Below, piece after piece: positions 39,344-49,539 of a DNA stretch of 53,689 nt. The translations under genes and the position numbers were made by a program. Every line of letters starts with the position of its first letter. Within the stretch, counting starts at the first letter, position 1. Source of the stretch: Verrucomicrobiota bacterium (GTDB lineage: Bacteria; Verrucomicrobiota; Verrucomicrobiia; Chthoniobacterales; UBA10450); assembly GCA_005887825.1 (NCBI GenBank), contig VBQC01000172.1:1-53689 (forward strand), read 5' to 3'. Under the pieces are notes generated by a model. That model worked only from the letters and a program-made list of their open reading frames with translations, did not search any database and had not been told where the DNA came from.

Positions 39344-41128
39344 TTACAGCACTTCGTCCCATTTCGTTTTGTCCTTAAGCATGATCTCGCGGAGCAGACG
39401 AATGGGTGGCATGCCGTGATTGAGCAGCTCGTTATGGAATTTTTGCAATGAAAAGGCGTCGCCTTGCTGCGCCTTGTAGTCGTCGCGCAGTTTCAAAATC
39501 TGCAATTTGCCAAGCGTGTAATTGAGATAACCGGGATCGAAAGTACTGCGCATCGCCTCGGTACGCGCCGGTTTTTCCTCGTAGTAACAATTGTCTTGGA
39601 AAAACTTCGTTGCGTCTTCAATCGACATGTTTTGAGTGTGTATCTTGATCGACACACATAACCGGCATAAGCGAAGAAGGGCTTCGTCAGCTTGTGCCAT
39701 GCGATATTTGGCGGCGCGTTTCGTGTCGTCCTCGCTGGGCGCCGTGCCGGTCGGATTGCCGTAGCCTTCGTCGATCATCATTTTCTCGCAGTAATGCGCC
39801 CAGCCTTCAATGAAAGCATAGCTGCCGAAAATCTTTTCGATCTTGCTCACTAGCGACACGTTTAGGTGCAGAAACTGCACATAATGGCCGGGGTAGGCTT
39901 CATGAATCGAAACGATATCCGAAGTGTAATAATTGAAGGCGGTGAGCCATTCTTGCTTTTGTTTGTCCGGCCAGTCGTTCTCCGTCGGCGTCACGTAATA
40001 ATACGCCTCGGTCGCGCGCCTCTCGAATGGACCTGGGGTGTCCATTGAGGCAAAGGAAGTAGCGCGCAGATATTGCGGGGTTTCCTTGACCTTGGCGCGA
40101 ACATCCGACGGGATGGTGACCAAATGATTGCTCGATACGTATTTCCGAATTTTGTCCAGGTCTTTGGCTACATCGGGGATGAGATTTTCGGGTGTCGGAT
40201 GCTCGCTCTGGATTTGTTTGAAAACTTCGATCGGCGACTTGTTTGGATCGATTTTCTTTGCGGCATCGGCAAACGCTTCCTGTTCCGCTTTTAATTGCGC
40301 CATACCGATCTCGAGAATTTTTTGTGGCGGAAGATCGACCAGTTCGGTTTGGGCCAGCAGGCGTCCGAATTTTTCTTTGCCCAGAGCAAAATCGAGCGAC
40401 GCCTTCGGAAGTTTTTCCCGTTCCAACCACCCCGCATAATCGGTGAGTGCGTTGGCTGCTTTGCGATTGGACTCCTGAAACGCGACGCGAATCCGTTCGT
40501 CCTTCAGCCCGGCGACAGCGGCGACCAGATCTCTCTTTAGAAAATCCGAGGAAGCTTTCGCGATCTGAATGGCGAGTTCTACATACGGTTTTGGAAGCAC
40601 GTCATTCAGGTTTGTCCTCGCTGCGATGAGGATATTTGGGATTTGCGATTCGATCGCGACCAGGCTGCGAACGCGATCCTCCAGCGGGGCAAAATTTCTT
40701 TTGATATAAACATTCACATCGGCCGCGCGCGCATAGACCATCGGATTTCGCTCGAAGACCGACATCTCTTGCATTTCAAAGAGGTTCTTCTTAACGGCCG
40801 CCTGCAGAATTCGCAGGTCGATGGATTGCCGGGGACCTAGCTTGCCTTGGTCAAACTTGCTCAGGCGATCGTCAAACCGCCGTAGCCGGGAAAGCTCAGC
40901 ATCGAGCGCGAGCCGGCTGTAATCGGTGATTTTGCCGTCGTATTCATGAAGCCCGAGAGCGGTTCCCTCGAGAGGGTGGGCCGCGAGATAGGTTTTGATG
41001 TATTCCTCGGCCACCGCTTCGTACTCGGCATCCTCTGTTTGCGAGGCGAAGGTGCTTCCACAGAAGAGACAGAGCGCGACCAGGGAAAGGACGAACGAGG
41101 AAGGTTTCACGGTAAAAGCAGGTTTCAT
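39344..41128 (-). CDS. DUF885-family (metallopeptidase-like) secreted protein
   Basis: Start at MKPAFTVKPSSFVLSLVALCLFCG (signal peptide). The HEAYPGHYVQ motif is characteristic of DUF885. Confidence 0.8.
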   Translation of the reverse strand: MKPAFTVKPSSFVLSLVALCLFCGSTFASQTEDAEYEAVAEEYIKTYLAAHPLEGTALGLHEYDGKITDYSRLALDAELSRLRRFDDRLSKFDQGKLGPRQSIDLRILQAAVKKNLFEMQEMSVFERNPMVYARAADVNVYIKRNFAPLEDRVRSLVAIESQIPNILIAARTNLNDVLPKPYVELAIQIAKASSDFLKRDLVAAVAGLKDERIRVAFQESNRKAANALTDYAGWLEREKLPKASLDFALGKEKFGRLLAQTELVDLPPQKILEIGMAQLKAEQEAFADAAKKIDPNKSPIEVFKQIQSEHPTPENLIPDVAKDLDKIRKYVSSNHLVTIPSDVRAKVKETPQYLRATSFASMDTPGPFERRATEAYYYVTPTENDWPDKQKQEWLTAFNYYTSDIVSIHEAYPGHYVQFLHLNVSLVSKIEKIFGSYAFIEGWAHYCEKMMIDEGYGNPTGTAPSEDDTKRAAKYRMAQADEALLRLCRLCVSIKIHTQNMSIEDATKFFQDNCYYEEKPARTEAMRSTFDPGYLNYTLGKLQILKLRDDYKAQQGDAFSLQKFHNELLNHGMPPIRLLREIMLKDKTKWDEVL

Positions 41129-41216
41129 TCGCGGCGCAAAATTAAGACAACGCTTTGCGCGTTGCCAAAAATTTCCGAATGAGCGATGGTCGAGTTGTTT
41201 CCAATCCTGGCTAAAT

Positions 41217-42518
41217 ATGAGACGCCCCATTGTTAGACTGTCGTTAGTTTCTCTGTTGCTGCTTGGCGTTTTGTCTGGCATCCGCGCGCAGGAAGCGCAG
41301 CCGGGAAAGGATGAAGAAGATAACGGTTACTCGCAAATTTCCATTTTCGCAAAGGCGATCGAATTGATCCGGCAGGATTACGTGGATGGGAACAAGACGA
41401 GCTATCACGATCTCGTCACGGCGGCAATGAAAGGCATGCTCTCGTCGCTTGATCCTCATAGCCAATTCATGGATCCGAATGATTTCCGCGACATGCAAGA
41501 TGACACGCGCAGCCGCTTTAACGGTCTCGGGATCGAAGTTTCGATGAAAAACGGCTTGCCTACGGTTGTTACCGCGATGGAGGACACACCTGCGGCCAAG
41601 GCTGGCATTCTGTCGGGGGATCAAATCTTGAGAATAAACGGCATTTCAACGGAAAGAATGGACCTGCAGGACGCCATTAATGTTTTGCGCGGGCCAACCG
41701 GGCGCAAAGTCACTCTCACCCTGCTGCGCCCCTCGACTAAGGAAATCAAAGACTACACTCTGGAGCGCGCGGAGATCAAAGTCCAAAGCGTCAAGGGAGT
41801 GAGGTTGCTGGACGCGGAGCTGACCGGCCCATTCAAGATCGGGTATATCCGGCTGATTCAGTTCAATGAGCCGACAGCCGAGGAATTATCAAAAGCGCTC
41901 GATGAATTGCAGAAGCAAGGTATGCAGGCGCTCATTCTCGATCTCCGGAACAATCCAGGGGGGCTATTGAATAGCGCGGTGGATGTGTGCGCTCAATTTT
42001 TGCCGCCCAACACAAAGGTAGTCTCAACGCAAGGCCGGATTGCTTCTCAGCAACATGATTACTCGACTTCCGGCGTAAAAAAAGAGCGTCCGAGTTTTCC
42101 GATGACCCTCCTGATCAACGAAGGCAGCGCGAGCGGCGCGGAGATCGTCTCTGGAGCGCTCAAGGATCTGCATCGTGCCATCCTCGTCGGCGAAACCACC
42201 TTCGGGAAAGGTTCCGTGCAGAATGTGATGCAGTTGCCCGACGGCTCCGCGGTGCGTTTTACCACGGCAAAATACTATACGCCGGGTAAGCAGGTCATTC
42301 AGGGAAATGGCGTGACCCCGAATATTCGGGTTGCTATGACCGCCGAGCAGGAGCGCGCGCTCTTTGCGTTGCGCAACGCGGAAAATGTGAAGCCCGAGGA
42401 CGAGAAAAGCATTATCAAGGCTAAAGATCCGCAGATGTTGCGCGCAATAGACGCGCTGAAGGGCGTCATGATTTACGCGCAACAGAACGCACCGAAAGCG
42501 GAAGCGGTAAAGAAATAG
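41217..42518 (+). CDS. S41 carboxyl-terminal processing peptidase (Ctp/Prc family)
   Basis: Signal peptide MRRPIVRLSLVSLLLLGVLSG, PDZ domain (GLGIEV...PAAKAGILSGDQILRING), LILDLRNNPGGLL and TFGKGSVQ. Confidence 0.9.
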   Translation: MRRPIVRLSLVSLLLLGVLSGIRAQEAQPGKDEEDNGYSQISIFAKAIELIRQDYVDGNKTSYHDLVTAAMKGMLSSLDPHSQFMDPNDFRDMQDDTRSRFNGLGIEVSMKNGLPTVVTAMEDTPAAKAGILSGDQILRINGISTERMDLQDAINVLRGPTGRKVTLTLLRPSTKEIKDYTLERAEIKVQSVKGVRLLDAELTGPFKIGYIRLIQFNEPTAEELSKALDELQKQGMQALILDLRNNPGGLLNSAVDVCAQFLPPNTKVVSTQGRIASQQHDYSTSGVKKERPSFPMTLLINEGSASGAEIVSGALKDLHRAILVGETTFGKGSVQNVMQLPDGSAVRFTTAKYYTPGKQVIQGNGVTPNIRVAMTAEQERALFALRNAENVKPEDEKSIIKAKDPQMLRAIDALKGVMIYAQQNAPKAEAVKK

Positions 42519-42526
42519 ACAGCGCT

Positions 42527-42679
42527 GTCATCCCGAGCCGCCCGTTCGACTCACTTCGCTTGCTCAGGGCAGGCTCCGACGGCGAGGGACCTCCCCTAAG
42601 TTTTAATTTCACGCCATAAACAGCGTGATCCAGCATCTCTTGTGAGGTCCTACTCCCGCGGTGGCGGGCTCAGGATGAC
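42527..42679. repeat. family-A element, copy A4
   Basis: The left end is GTCATCCCGAGCCGCCCGTTCGACTCAC. The reverse complement of the right end reads GTCATCCTGAGCCCGCCACCGCGGGAG. It fills the ctp-tsaD spacer. Confidence 0.75.
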
Positions 42680-42697
42680 CCGCGTATTTTGTTTGCC

Positions 42698-43714
42698 GTG
42701 AAAACGATCCTGGCACTCGAAACCTCATGCGACGAAACCGCCGTCGCGATTTTGCGCGGGCGCAACAGCCACTCCGGCTCGGAGTTGCTCGCGAGCGAAG
42801 TCGCTTCCCAAATCGCCGAGCATGAAAAACATGGCGGGATCGTACCCGAGGTTGCTGCGCGCAATCATCTTGTGCACGCGCCGCGACTTCTGGAACGGAC
42901 GACACTTGACGCAAAGATCGACATGTCGATGGTCGATGTATTTGCGGCAACCAGCGGACCCGGTCTGGCGAGTTCGCTCATGATTGGCGCATCGATTGCC
43001 AAAGGGTTGGCGATTGGCTTTGGCAAACCTTACCTCGCGATCAATCATCTCGAAGGCCATTTGCTATCGCCATTTTTCGGCGGCGCAGATAGCGACGGCC
43101 AAATCAGGCCGAATGTTTCGCTTATCGCGAGCGGTGGACACACCATGCTAATTCGAGTGCATGGGCTGAGTGATTACCAGTTGATCGGGCGAACAGTCGA
43201 TGATGCTGCCGGCGAAGCATTCGATAAGGTTGCCAAGATGCTCGGCCTCGGTTACCCCGGCGGCCCCGAAATCGAAAAACACGCGCGCGCCGGCGATCCG
43301 GATCGATTTGATCTCCCGCGCAGCATGCTTGAGTCGGAGAATTTCAGTTTCAGTGGATTGAAAACAGCGGTGCGATATTTGCTTCCCAAATTGAAGGGCG
43401 ACTTTCTTGCCGATCTCTGCGCTTCGTTTCAACAGGCTGTTATCGACGTTCTGGTGCGCAAATCGATTGCAGCACCCCGGAAATACGGCGTCGATCTTGT
43501 GACGATGAGCGGTGGAGTGAGCTGCAACCGTAAACTGCGGCGACAATTGGGTGAGGCTTGTGCGCGCCAAGGATTTGAATTCAAGAGCGCCGAAGCGTGG
43601 TTGTGCACCGATAATGCGGCGATGATCGCGTTTGCCGCGTTGTTGCGCTCGCAAGCCGGATTTGAATCGAAGCTGACGGAAGAGATCGATCCGAATTTAG
43701 CGCTAGCGCTGTAG
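42698..43714 (+). CDS. tsaD: tRNA N6-adenosine threonylcarbamoyltransferase
   Basis: ILALETSCDETAVAIL, HLEGHLLS and GGVSCN motifs. Start is GTG 42698 or TTG 42689. Confidence 0.9.
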   Translation: MKTILALETSCDETAVAILRGRNSHSGSELLASEVASQIAEHEKHGGIVPEVAARNHLVHAPRLLERTTLDAKIDMSMVDVFAATSGPGLASSLMIGASIAKGLAIGFGKPYLAINHLEGHLLSPFFGGADSDGQIRPNVSLIASGGHTMLIRVHGLSDYQLIGRTVDDAAGEAFDKVAKMLGLGYPGGPEIEKHARAGDPDRFDLPRSMLESENFSFSGLKTAVRYLLPKLKGDFLADLCASFQQAVIDVLVRKSIAAPRKYGVDLVTMSGGVSCNRKLRRQLGEACARQGFEFKSAEAWLCTDNAAMIAFAALLRSQAGFESKLTEEIDPNLALAL

Positions 43715-43788
43715 TCGTTTCGCTCTGCGAATGCGACGCACACATGATTGGCGTCTCAACGTCGCGTCGCCCACAGGCCAACGTCTAC
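43711..43788. repeat. family-B element, copy B5
   Basis: GTAGTCGTTTCGCTCTGCGAATGCGAC...GTCTAC, 78 bp. The tsaD TAG stop (43712-43714) forms nt 2-4. Confidence 0.6.
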
Positions 43789-43792
43789 AAAT

Positions 43793-44677
43793 TCAGTACT
43801 CGCGTTCGAGGAGATAATTTGCGAGGCAATGCAGCGGTTCGGCCTCGCCGTCACGAAACACCGACAAGGCATCGTGCGCCTGGCGCGTGAGCCGCCTGGC
43901 TTCGGCGCGCGATTTCTCCAGACCAATCACCGCGGGATAGGTCGCTTTCTTCGCCGCGATATCTTTGCCAGCGCTTTTTCCCAATATCTCGGAGCTCTGC
44001 GTTACATCGAGGATGTCGTCGATAACCTGAAAAGCCAGCCCGAGTCCGTGCCCAAATTGCGTGACAGCCCGGAGTTTTTTGGCGTCCGCGTTGGCGCTCA
44101 TTGCCCCGAGCCTGATCGAACTTTTCAATATAGCCGCCGTTTTGTTTTCGTGAATAAAGCGCAACTGATCCCGTTTAACCTTCCTGCCTTCGGCTTCGAG
44201 ATCGGCCACTTGACCTGCGATCAATTTTTGACTTCCCGCCGCGACCGCGATTTCGCGCAACAAGATCGACATATCGTAGCGTGGCGCCGGCTTCGCCCTC
44301 GAAACAATTTCAAAAGCGATTGTTAATAGCGCGTCTCCGGCAAGCACGGCGATGCCTTCGCCAAAGACCTTGTGGCAAGTGGGACGCCCGCGACGGTAAT
44401 CATCGTTATCCATGCTTGGGAGATCATCGTGCACGAGCGAATAGGTGTGGATGCATTCGAGCGCGCACGCGAGGGGAAGTGCGTTGCTGACCTTACCCCG
44501 ACAAGCTTCAGCGGCCGCAAGGCAAAGAATCGGTCGCAGCCGTTTGCCGCCGGCGAAAAGACTGTAGCGCATCGCCTTGTGAAGCGTCGCTGGTTTGACG
44601 TTCGTCTTCGGCAAATAATAATCGAGCGCCCGGTCAATCTCCTTTCGGCGGGACCTGAGATACGCTTTCAGATTCAT
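43793..44677 (-). CDS. ispA: (2E,6E)-farnesyl/geranylgeranyl diphosphate synthase (polyprenyl synthetase)
   Basis: First DDxxD region LVHDDLPSMDNDDYRRGRPTCH and second motif FQVIDDILD. Confidence 0.8.
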   Translation of the reverse strand: MNLKAYLRSRRKEIDRALDYYLPKTNVKPATLHKAMRYSLFAGGKRLRPILCLAAAEACRGKVSNALPLACALECIHTYSLVHDDLPSMDNDDYRRGRPTCHKVFGEGIAVLAGDALLTIAFEIVSRAKPAPRYDMSILLREIAVAAGSQKLIAGQVADLEAEGRKVKRDQLRFIHENKTAAILKSSIRLGAMSANADAKKLRAVTQFGHGLGLAFQVIDDILDVTQSSEILGKSAGKDIAAKKATYPAVIGLEKSRAEARRLTRQAHDALSVFRDGEAEPLHCLANYLLEREY

Positions 44678-44811
44678 TGCGATACGGGATGCCGATTGTA
44701 GCGGCCCTCGATGAGCATCGCATTATTTTTCGGCACAAAAGTTCTTAATTTTTCTCCCAATCGCCCGTTAACGTCTTGAACAATATAGCGGACGCAGACT
44801 CAAACGCCGCC

Positions 44812-45783
44812 TCAGATATTCTCTGCCGCTTCGGTCGTGGCGAGCGGCTTCACGCGCATGGCCAGGAATGCGCCCAGGAGCAGAATGGCTGCGCTCCAAA
44901 GCTGAGCATGAGTGAGACGTTCGCCATAAATCCAGGCGGATAACCCCAGCGCGCCGGCGGGGCAGAGGAGCTGAAGCGTTTGCGCAAGCGCCACGCCGAT
45001 CTCTCGGATTGCGACGTAGTACAATATATGCGCCAGCGTAATGCAGCTCACGGCGGAGATGATCAAGACCAAATTGACGTGCGCCCCGGCATAAAGCGGA
45101 GTGCCAACCTTCCCAAACGCGAGAGTGAGCGGAAACAATAGGACCGAAGTGATCAGACTGATTAACCCGAAACTGCGAATCGAGCCAAGCTGCGCGGAAG
45201 GGCGTTTCACGAGGATGCCATATAGCGCCCAACAGAATGTGGCGGTAAACGCGATAAACAATCCAGGAAGTGCGATGTGTCCCGATTTCCAACCTCGTTG
45301 AAACCACACCACCCCAAAGGCGCCAATTAAACCAAGAACCGTGCCCAATTGGAACTGCCATTGACGAATCACGTGGCGCTCCTCCGGGAAAAACGCGAGC
45401 GCGAGCAGCGCGGTGAAAATCACCGAGGCCCGGGTGAAAATCGTGTAAACACCTGGTCCCATATAAAAGAGGGCCATTACCTGCGTGATCTGGTGGATCA
45501 CATTAGGCAAACAGGGAATGAAGCAGATCATCACTGCGCGCCAATTGAGCGGTGGGGCACCGCGTTGGATGCGGTAAATCAGTAATGGCGCGATGGCGAG
45601 GCAAGCGACAAGATAGCGGTAGAAATTCTGTGCCCACGGATCGTAATAACGATTTAGGTAGTATTGAAAGAGCGATGGCGTCGACCAGATAAGGATCGTG
45701 GCGAAGACTGCCGCGTAACCTTCTGAGAGATTCGTGCGACCTCGTAGATTGACAATATCTTGGATGGAATCCGGTCTCTGCAT
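44812..45783 (-). CDS. EamA/DMT-superfamily transporter
   Basis: 323 aa with about 10 TM helices in two EamA-like halves. Confidence 0.75.
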   Translation of the reverse strand: MQRPDSIQDIVNLRGRTNLSEGYAAVFATILIWSTPSLFQYYLNRYYDPWAQNFYRYLVACLAIAPLLIYRIQRGAPPLNWRAVMICFIPCLPNVIHQITQVMALFYMGPGVYTIFTRASVIFTALLALAFFPEERHVIRQWQFQLGTVLGLIGAFGVVWFQRGWKSGHIALPGLFIAFTATFCWALYGILVKRPSAQLGSIRSFGLISLITSVLLFPLTLAFGKVGTPLYAGAHVNLVLIISAVSCITLAHILYYVAIREIGVALAQTLQLLCPAGALGLSAWIYGERLTHAQLWSAAILLLGAFLAMRVKPLATTEAAENI

Positions 45784-45859
45784 CGCTTTGCGTCTTTTGG
45801 TGCGTTAATTTGCTCGCTTACAACCGATAAATCGCTCAAAAAGTAAGCTGGAAGGAGAA

Positions 45860-46783
45860 ATGAATATTTTGAACAAGCCAACAATCATCATCGCGATCGC
45901 GTCACTTCTTTGGTTCACAGCCGCTGGAACCGGCTTCTGCAAACCTCCAGCGGCCAGTGCGGGACATATGCAGAAAGGGATCGAGTTAGCCCAGCAGAAG
46001 CAGTACGACGCGGCCATCGCTGAATTTACGAAAGCGATCAAGGAGAATCCGAAAGACCCTCGTGGCTATGCAAACCGCGCAACCGCCTATCGCGCCAGTA
46101 ACCGCCTGCCGGATGCAATCGCTGATTTTTCAAAGGCGATTGAAGTCGCGCCCAACGATGAAGTCGCATATCGCGAGCGTGGCAACACGCAGGTGATGCA
46201 AAGCCAGTTTGATGCGGCGTTGCCAGACTTCGACAAGGCGATTGAACTGAAGCCTGACGATGGCTACGCCTATAAATTTCGTGGCTTTGCTGAAATTGGG
46301 CTTAACCAGTGGGACAAGGCGGTCGCAGATTTTACAAAGGCGATCGAGAAGGAACCAAACGATCCACAAAATTATGATCGCCGCGCCTGGGCGAACCGAA
46401 ATCTCAAAAATTATGACGCGGCCGTCGCAGACTACACGGTATTGATCGAAAAAAACCCGGCCGATGCCGAGCATTTGGTGAAGCGGGGCGCCACATACAC
46501 CTCGATGCAGCAGTATGAGAAGGCGATTGCTGATTACCAAGCCGCGCTGAAGCTAAAACCGGATGATTACGATACCGTCCAGCGCCTGCAATATGTACAG
46601 GCGATGCTGGCGGCGAAGAATGCGCCGCCCCCTCCGGCAGCGACGCCGACACCGACTCCCAAACCAGGTTTGATTACGCCGCTCAATATCGGGATTGCAA
46701 TTGGCATATTGATTGTTATCGCGGTGATCGCGCGCCTAGTGACCCGGGGCAAGGCGGAGTCGACCAGCGGAAGAATTCGATAA
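45860..46783 (+). CDS. TPR-repeat protein with Pro-rich linker and C-terminal TM anchor
   Basis: Six or more 34-aa TPR units (A.ADF.KAIE..P.D). These are followed by PPPPAATPTPTPKP and the hydrophobic helix IGIAIGILIVIAVIA. Confidence 0.8.
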   Translation: MNILNKPTIIIAIASLLWFTAAGTGFCKPPAASAGHMQKGIELAQQKQYDAAIAEFTKAIKENPKDPRGYANRATAYRASNRLPDAIADFSKAIEVAPNDEVAYRERGNTQVMQSQFDAALPDFDKAIELKPDDGYAYKFRGFAEIGLNQWDKAVADFTKAIEKEPNDPQNYDRRAWANRNLKNYDAAVADYTVLIEKNPADAEHLVKRGATYTSMQQYEKAIADYQAALKLKPDDYDTVQRLQYVQAMLAAKNAPPPPAATPTPTPKPGLITPLNIGIAIGILIVIAVIARLVTRGKAESTSGRIR

Positions 46784-46848
46784 GCGGGATATCGCGCGGC
46801 GATGGCCGCGATGGCGTCACGCACCGCTGCTAACCCAAAGAAATTTCT

Positions 46849-46876
46849 TTGACACACTTATACGTGCGGTTAGCTT
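46849..46876 (+). promoter_or_regulatory. candidate sigma70-type promoter for the tRNA-Thr/tuf unit
   Basis: TTGACA (46849-46854), a 16-nt spacer, then TAGCTT (46871-46876). An A/T-rich tract lies upstream. Confidence 0.3.
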
Positions 46877-47002
46877 GCGGACGCTTTTTGCTGGAACGAG
46901 GTGGTCCCTTGGTCGTTCAAATTGCAAATTTGATGCGGCTTTGGGATTTTTATCTCTTTGGCAAAAGCGAAACCGGGTCGTCCCGCGCCTGCGGGAAGAA
47001 CG

Positions 47003-47075
<73 letters not shown>

Positions 47076-47148
47076 CTAGAATGGGCTCGGGACCAGCAGT
47101 GAATAATTCAGAGCAAAGCAGACAGTTTAATTAACCAGGAGAATTGAA

Positions 47149-48333
47149 ATGGCTAAGGAAGCATTTAAACGCGACAAGCCGCACGTGAACGTCGGCACGA
47201 TCGGTCACGTGGACCATGGCAAGACCACCCTGACGGCAGCAATTACTATGGTGCTGGCAAAGAAGGGTATGGCCGAAGTGCGCGCCTACGAATCGATCGA
47301 TAACGCGCCAGAGGAAAAGGAGCGCGGTATCACGATCAACACCGCGCACGTAGAGTATTCGAGCGACAAACGCCACTACGCGCATGTTGATTGCCCTGGT
47401 CATGCCGACTACGTCAAAAACATGATCACCGGCGCGGCGCAAATGGATGGTGCCATCCTGGTTGTCTCCGCCGCGGATGGACCGATGCCTCAAACCCGCG
47501 AACACATCCTGCTCGCGCGGCAAGTCGGTGTGCCCTCGGTTGTCGTTTTCCTGAACAAGGTCGATATGGTCGATGACCCGGAGCTTCTCGATCTCGTTGA
47601 GATGGAAGTGCGCGATCTGCTGACGCAGTATGAATTTCCGGGAGATAAAATCCCGATTGTTAAGGGCAGCGCCCTCAAGGCGCTCAATGGCGATGCGGAA
47701 GCGCAAAAGCAGGTGCTCGCCCTCGTAGAAGCCATCGACGATTACATCCCGGTACCTGAGCGGCCGATCGATCAGCCATTCCTGATGCCGATCGAAGACG
47801 TGTTTAACATTGAAGGCCGCGGCACAGTCGCGACCGGTCGTGTTGAGCGCGGTATCCTCAAGAAAATGGGGGAGGTTGAGCTGGTTGGAATTCGTCCCAC
47901 CGCCAAGACGGTTGCGACCGATATCGAAATGTTTCGCAAACTTCTCGATGAAGCGCGCGCGGGCGATAACGTGGGCGTTTTGCTGCGTGGCCTGAAGAAG
48001 GAAGACGTCGAACGCGGCCAGGTCATCGCCAAGCCGGGATCGATTACGCCGCACAAGAAGTTTAAGGCGGAAGTGTACGTGTTGAGCAAAGAGGAAGGTG
48101 GCCGGCACACACCGTTTTTCAGTAATTATCGGCCGCAGTTTTACTTCCGCACCACGGACGTTACTGGCACGGTCAAACTGCCTGAAGGCGTCGAAATGGT
48201 CATGCCCGGCGACAATATCTCGATTGAAGTCGAGCTGATCACACCAATCGCCATGGAGAAGACGATTCGCTTTGCCATTCGCGAAGGCGGAAAAACCGTC
48301 GGCGCGGGTCGCGTCGCCGAAATTTTGGATTAA
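47149..48333 (+). CDS. tuf: elongation factor Tu
   Basis: 394 aa. Contains [17 protein letters not shown] and NKVD. Confidence 0.98.
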   Translation: MAKEAFKRDKPHVNVGTIGHVDHGKTTLTAAITMVLAKKGMAEVRAYESIDNAPEEKERGITINTAHVEYSSDKRHYAHVDCPGHADYVKNMITGAAQMDGAILVVSAADGPMPQTREHILLARQVGVPSVVVFLNKVDMVDDPELLDLVEMEVRDLLTQYEFPGDKIPIVKGSALKALNGDAEAQKQVLALVEAIDDYIPVPERPIDQPFLMPIEDVFNIEGRGTVATGRVERGILKKMGEVELVGIRPTAKTVATDIEMFRKLLDEARAGDNVGVLLRGLKKEDVERGQVIAKPGSITPHKKFKAEVYVLSKEEGGRHTPFFSNYRPQFYFRTTDVTGTVKLPEGVEMVMPGDNISIEVELITPIAMEKTIRFAIREGGKTVGAGRVAEILD

Positions 48334-48343
48334 AGTTCGTTCT

Positions 48344-48424
48344 GTCATGTCGAGCGAAGTCGAGACATCTCTCACTGTTTGAGCGAAAGGTCCTTCGGCT
48401 CCGCTATGCTTCGCTCAGGATGAC
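48344..48424. repeat. family-A element, copy A5
   Basis: GTCATGTCGAGCGAAGTCGAGACATCTCTCA ... GCTTCGCTCAGGATGAC. It lies between tuf and tRNA-Trp with 10-nt gaps on each side. Confidence 0.8.
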
Positions 48425-48434
48425 AAATTTTAAT

Positions 48435-48507
48435 ACGCCAGTAGCTCAATTGGTAGAGTAGCGGTCTCCAAAACCGTCGGTTGGGGGTTCGAGTCCCTCC
48501 TGGCGTG
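48435..48507 (+). tRNA. tRNA-Trp (anticodon CCA)
   Basis: Acceptor ACGCCAG/CTGGCGT, anticodon stem GCGGT/ACCGT with loop CTCCAAA, T loop TTCGAGT. 73 nt. Confidence 0.9.
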
Positions 48508-48523
48508 TATGTGAGAAAACACC

Positions 48524-48640
48524 GAACATTGAACATCGAACGCTCAACATCGAATCCTGAACTCCGACACTTCGATGTTGGACGTTCGATGTTGGATGCT
48601 CGATGTTGTGCGCTCGACTTCAACGCTTCAACAAATCACG
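48524..48640. repeat. family-E region: long imperfect hairpin built from (C/G)AACATCGAA units, plus the CTTCAACGCTTCAACAAATCACG motif
   Basis: The 5-prime arm (48524-48554) pairs with the 3-prime arm (48571-48608) as two helices of about 10 bp. The 3-prime arm is a degenerate 14-nt tandem (cgttcgatgttgga). Confidence 0.7.
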
Positions 48641-48653
48641 AATTGGATTATTG

Positions 48654-48872
48654 ATGTTCACCAAGGCGAAAAACTTCTTCAACGAAGTGAAGGTCGAGCT
48701 GCAGAAAGCTTCCTGGCCGTGGGACCCGAAGGAAAAGGGATTCCGCCGCTATAAGGAGCTCACGGACTCGACGCTCGTGGTTGTCATCGCAATGTTATTG
48801 CTCGGCGGTTACGTTGCCCTTTTCGATTTCGTCCTTGTGAACTTTGTCCACTTTTTCACCCGGTTGCACTGA
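48654..48872 (+). CDS. secE: preprotein translocase subunit SecE
   Basis: 72 aa. FFNEVKVELQKASWP is followed by a single TM helix. Its position between tRNA-Trp and nusG is canonical. Confidence 0.85.
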   Translation: MFTKAKNFFNEVKVELQKASWPWDPKEKGFRRYKELTDSTLVVVIAMLLLGGYVALFDFVLVNFVHFFTRLH

Positions 48873-48875
48873 TTT

Positions 48876-49445
48876 ATGGCACAAACACTCGCAGGCAAAG
48901 ACCAATGGTACGTTGTGCACGTGCTCTCCGGACAGGAAAACAAGGTGCGTGAGAGCATCATGAAGCGTGTCAAGACGGAGGAAATGGGCGACTTGATCTA
49001 TGAAGTGCTTGTCCCGACCGAGCGCGTCTCGGAAATCAAAAAGGGCAAGAAGAGCGAGACGACGCGCAAATTTTTCCCCGGCTATCTGATCGTCAACATG
49101 CATCTGCTCGACGAAAACAATCAACTCGTCGGGCGCACCTGGTATTTCATTCGCGACACACCTGGCGTGATCGGGTTTGCCGGCACCAAGGACAAACCGA
49201 TCCCGATGCGGCAATCAGAGGTGGACAGCATGCTTGCACAAATGAAAGAGCGCGAGGAAAAGGTGAAACCGAAAGTCAGCTTTGAAGTGGGCGAATCGGT
49301 AAAAGTTGCCGATGGACCGTTCCAGAACCAAACCGGCATCGTCGAAGAAATCGATCCTGAACGCGGCAAACTGCGCGTCTCCGTCACTATTTTCGGTCGC
49401 GCCACGCCGGTTGAATTGGAATACTGGCAGGTCGAACGCGGCTAA
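48876..49445 (+). CDS. nusG: transcription termination/antitermination factor NusG
   Basis: 189 aa. WYVVHVLSGQENKV (NGN domain) and a C-terminal KOW (GESVKVADGPFQNQTGIVEEID). Confidence 0.95.
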   Translation: MAQTLAGKDQWYVVHVLSGQENKVRESIMKRVKTEEMGDLIYEVLVPTERVSEIKKGKKSETTRKFFPGYLIVNMHLLDENNQLVGRTWYFIRDTPGVIGFAGTKDKPIPMRQSEVDSMLAQMKEREEKVKPKVSFEVGESVKVADGPFQNQTGIVEEIDPERGKLRVSVTIFGRATPVELEYWQVERG

Positions 49446-49539
49446 AAATTTTCAGACAGAATCGACAAAATGTTAAGAATGATTTTAGTCGGTTCAGTCC
49501 AATCTATTTTGTGAATTCTGTTCATCCTGTCTCAATCCC

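Noticed and set aside
40995-41281. Long N-terminal extensions that make the DUF885 (start 41281) and S41 peptidase (start 40995) ORFs overlap head-to-head by about 290 nt.
   Set aside because: Both proteins have clean signal peptides starting at internal ATGs (41128 and 41217). That leaves a normal 88-nt divergent promoter region.
47131-48375. A 414-aa ORF antisense to tuf, and many similar long ORFs inside or opposite gspE, the secretin, lhr, mpl, the cyclase and other genes (for example 359-847, 905-1597, 8295-8915, 10195-10857 and 21357-21989).
   Set aside because: These are shadow ORFs opposite or overlapping strongly conserved genes. Their translations are Arg/Gly/Ala-rich and low-complexity with no recognisable domains, as expected in moderately GC-rich DNA.
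48510-48640. Possible mini-CRISPR array, because of the repeated 10-14-nt units.
   Set aside because: The units are directly adjacent with no spacers and are far shorter than CRISPR repeats. The two halves are mutually complementary, so the region is a hairpin-forming repeat and not an array. No cas genes are present.
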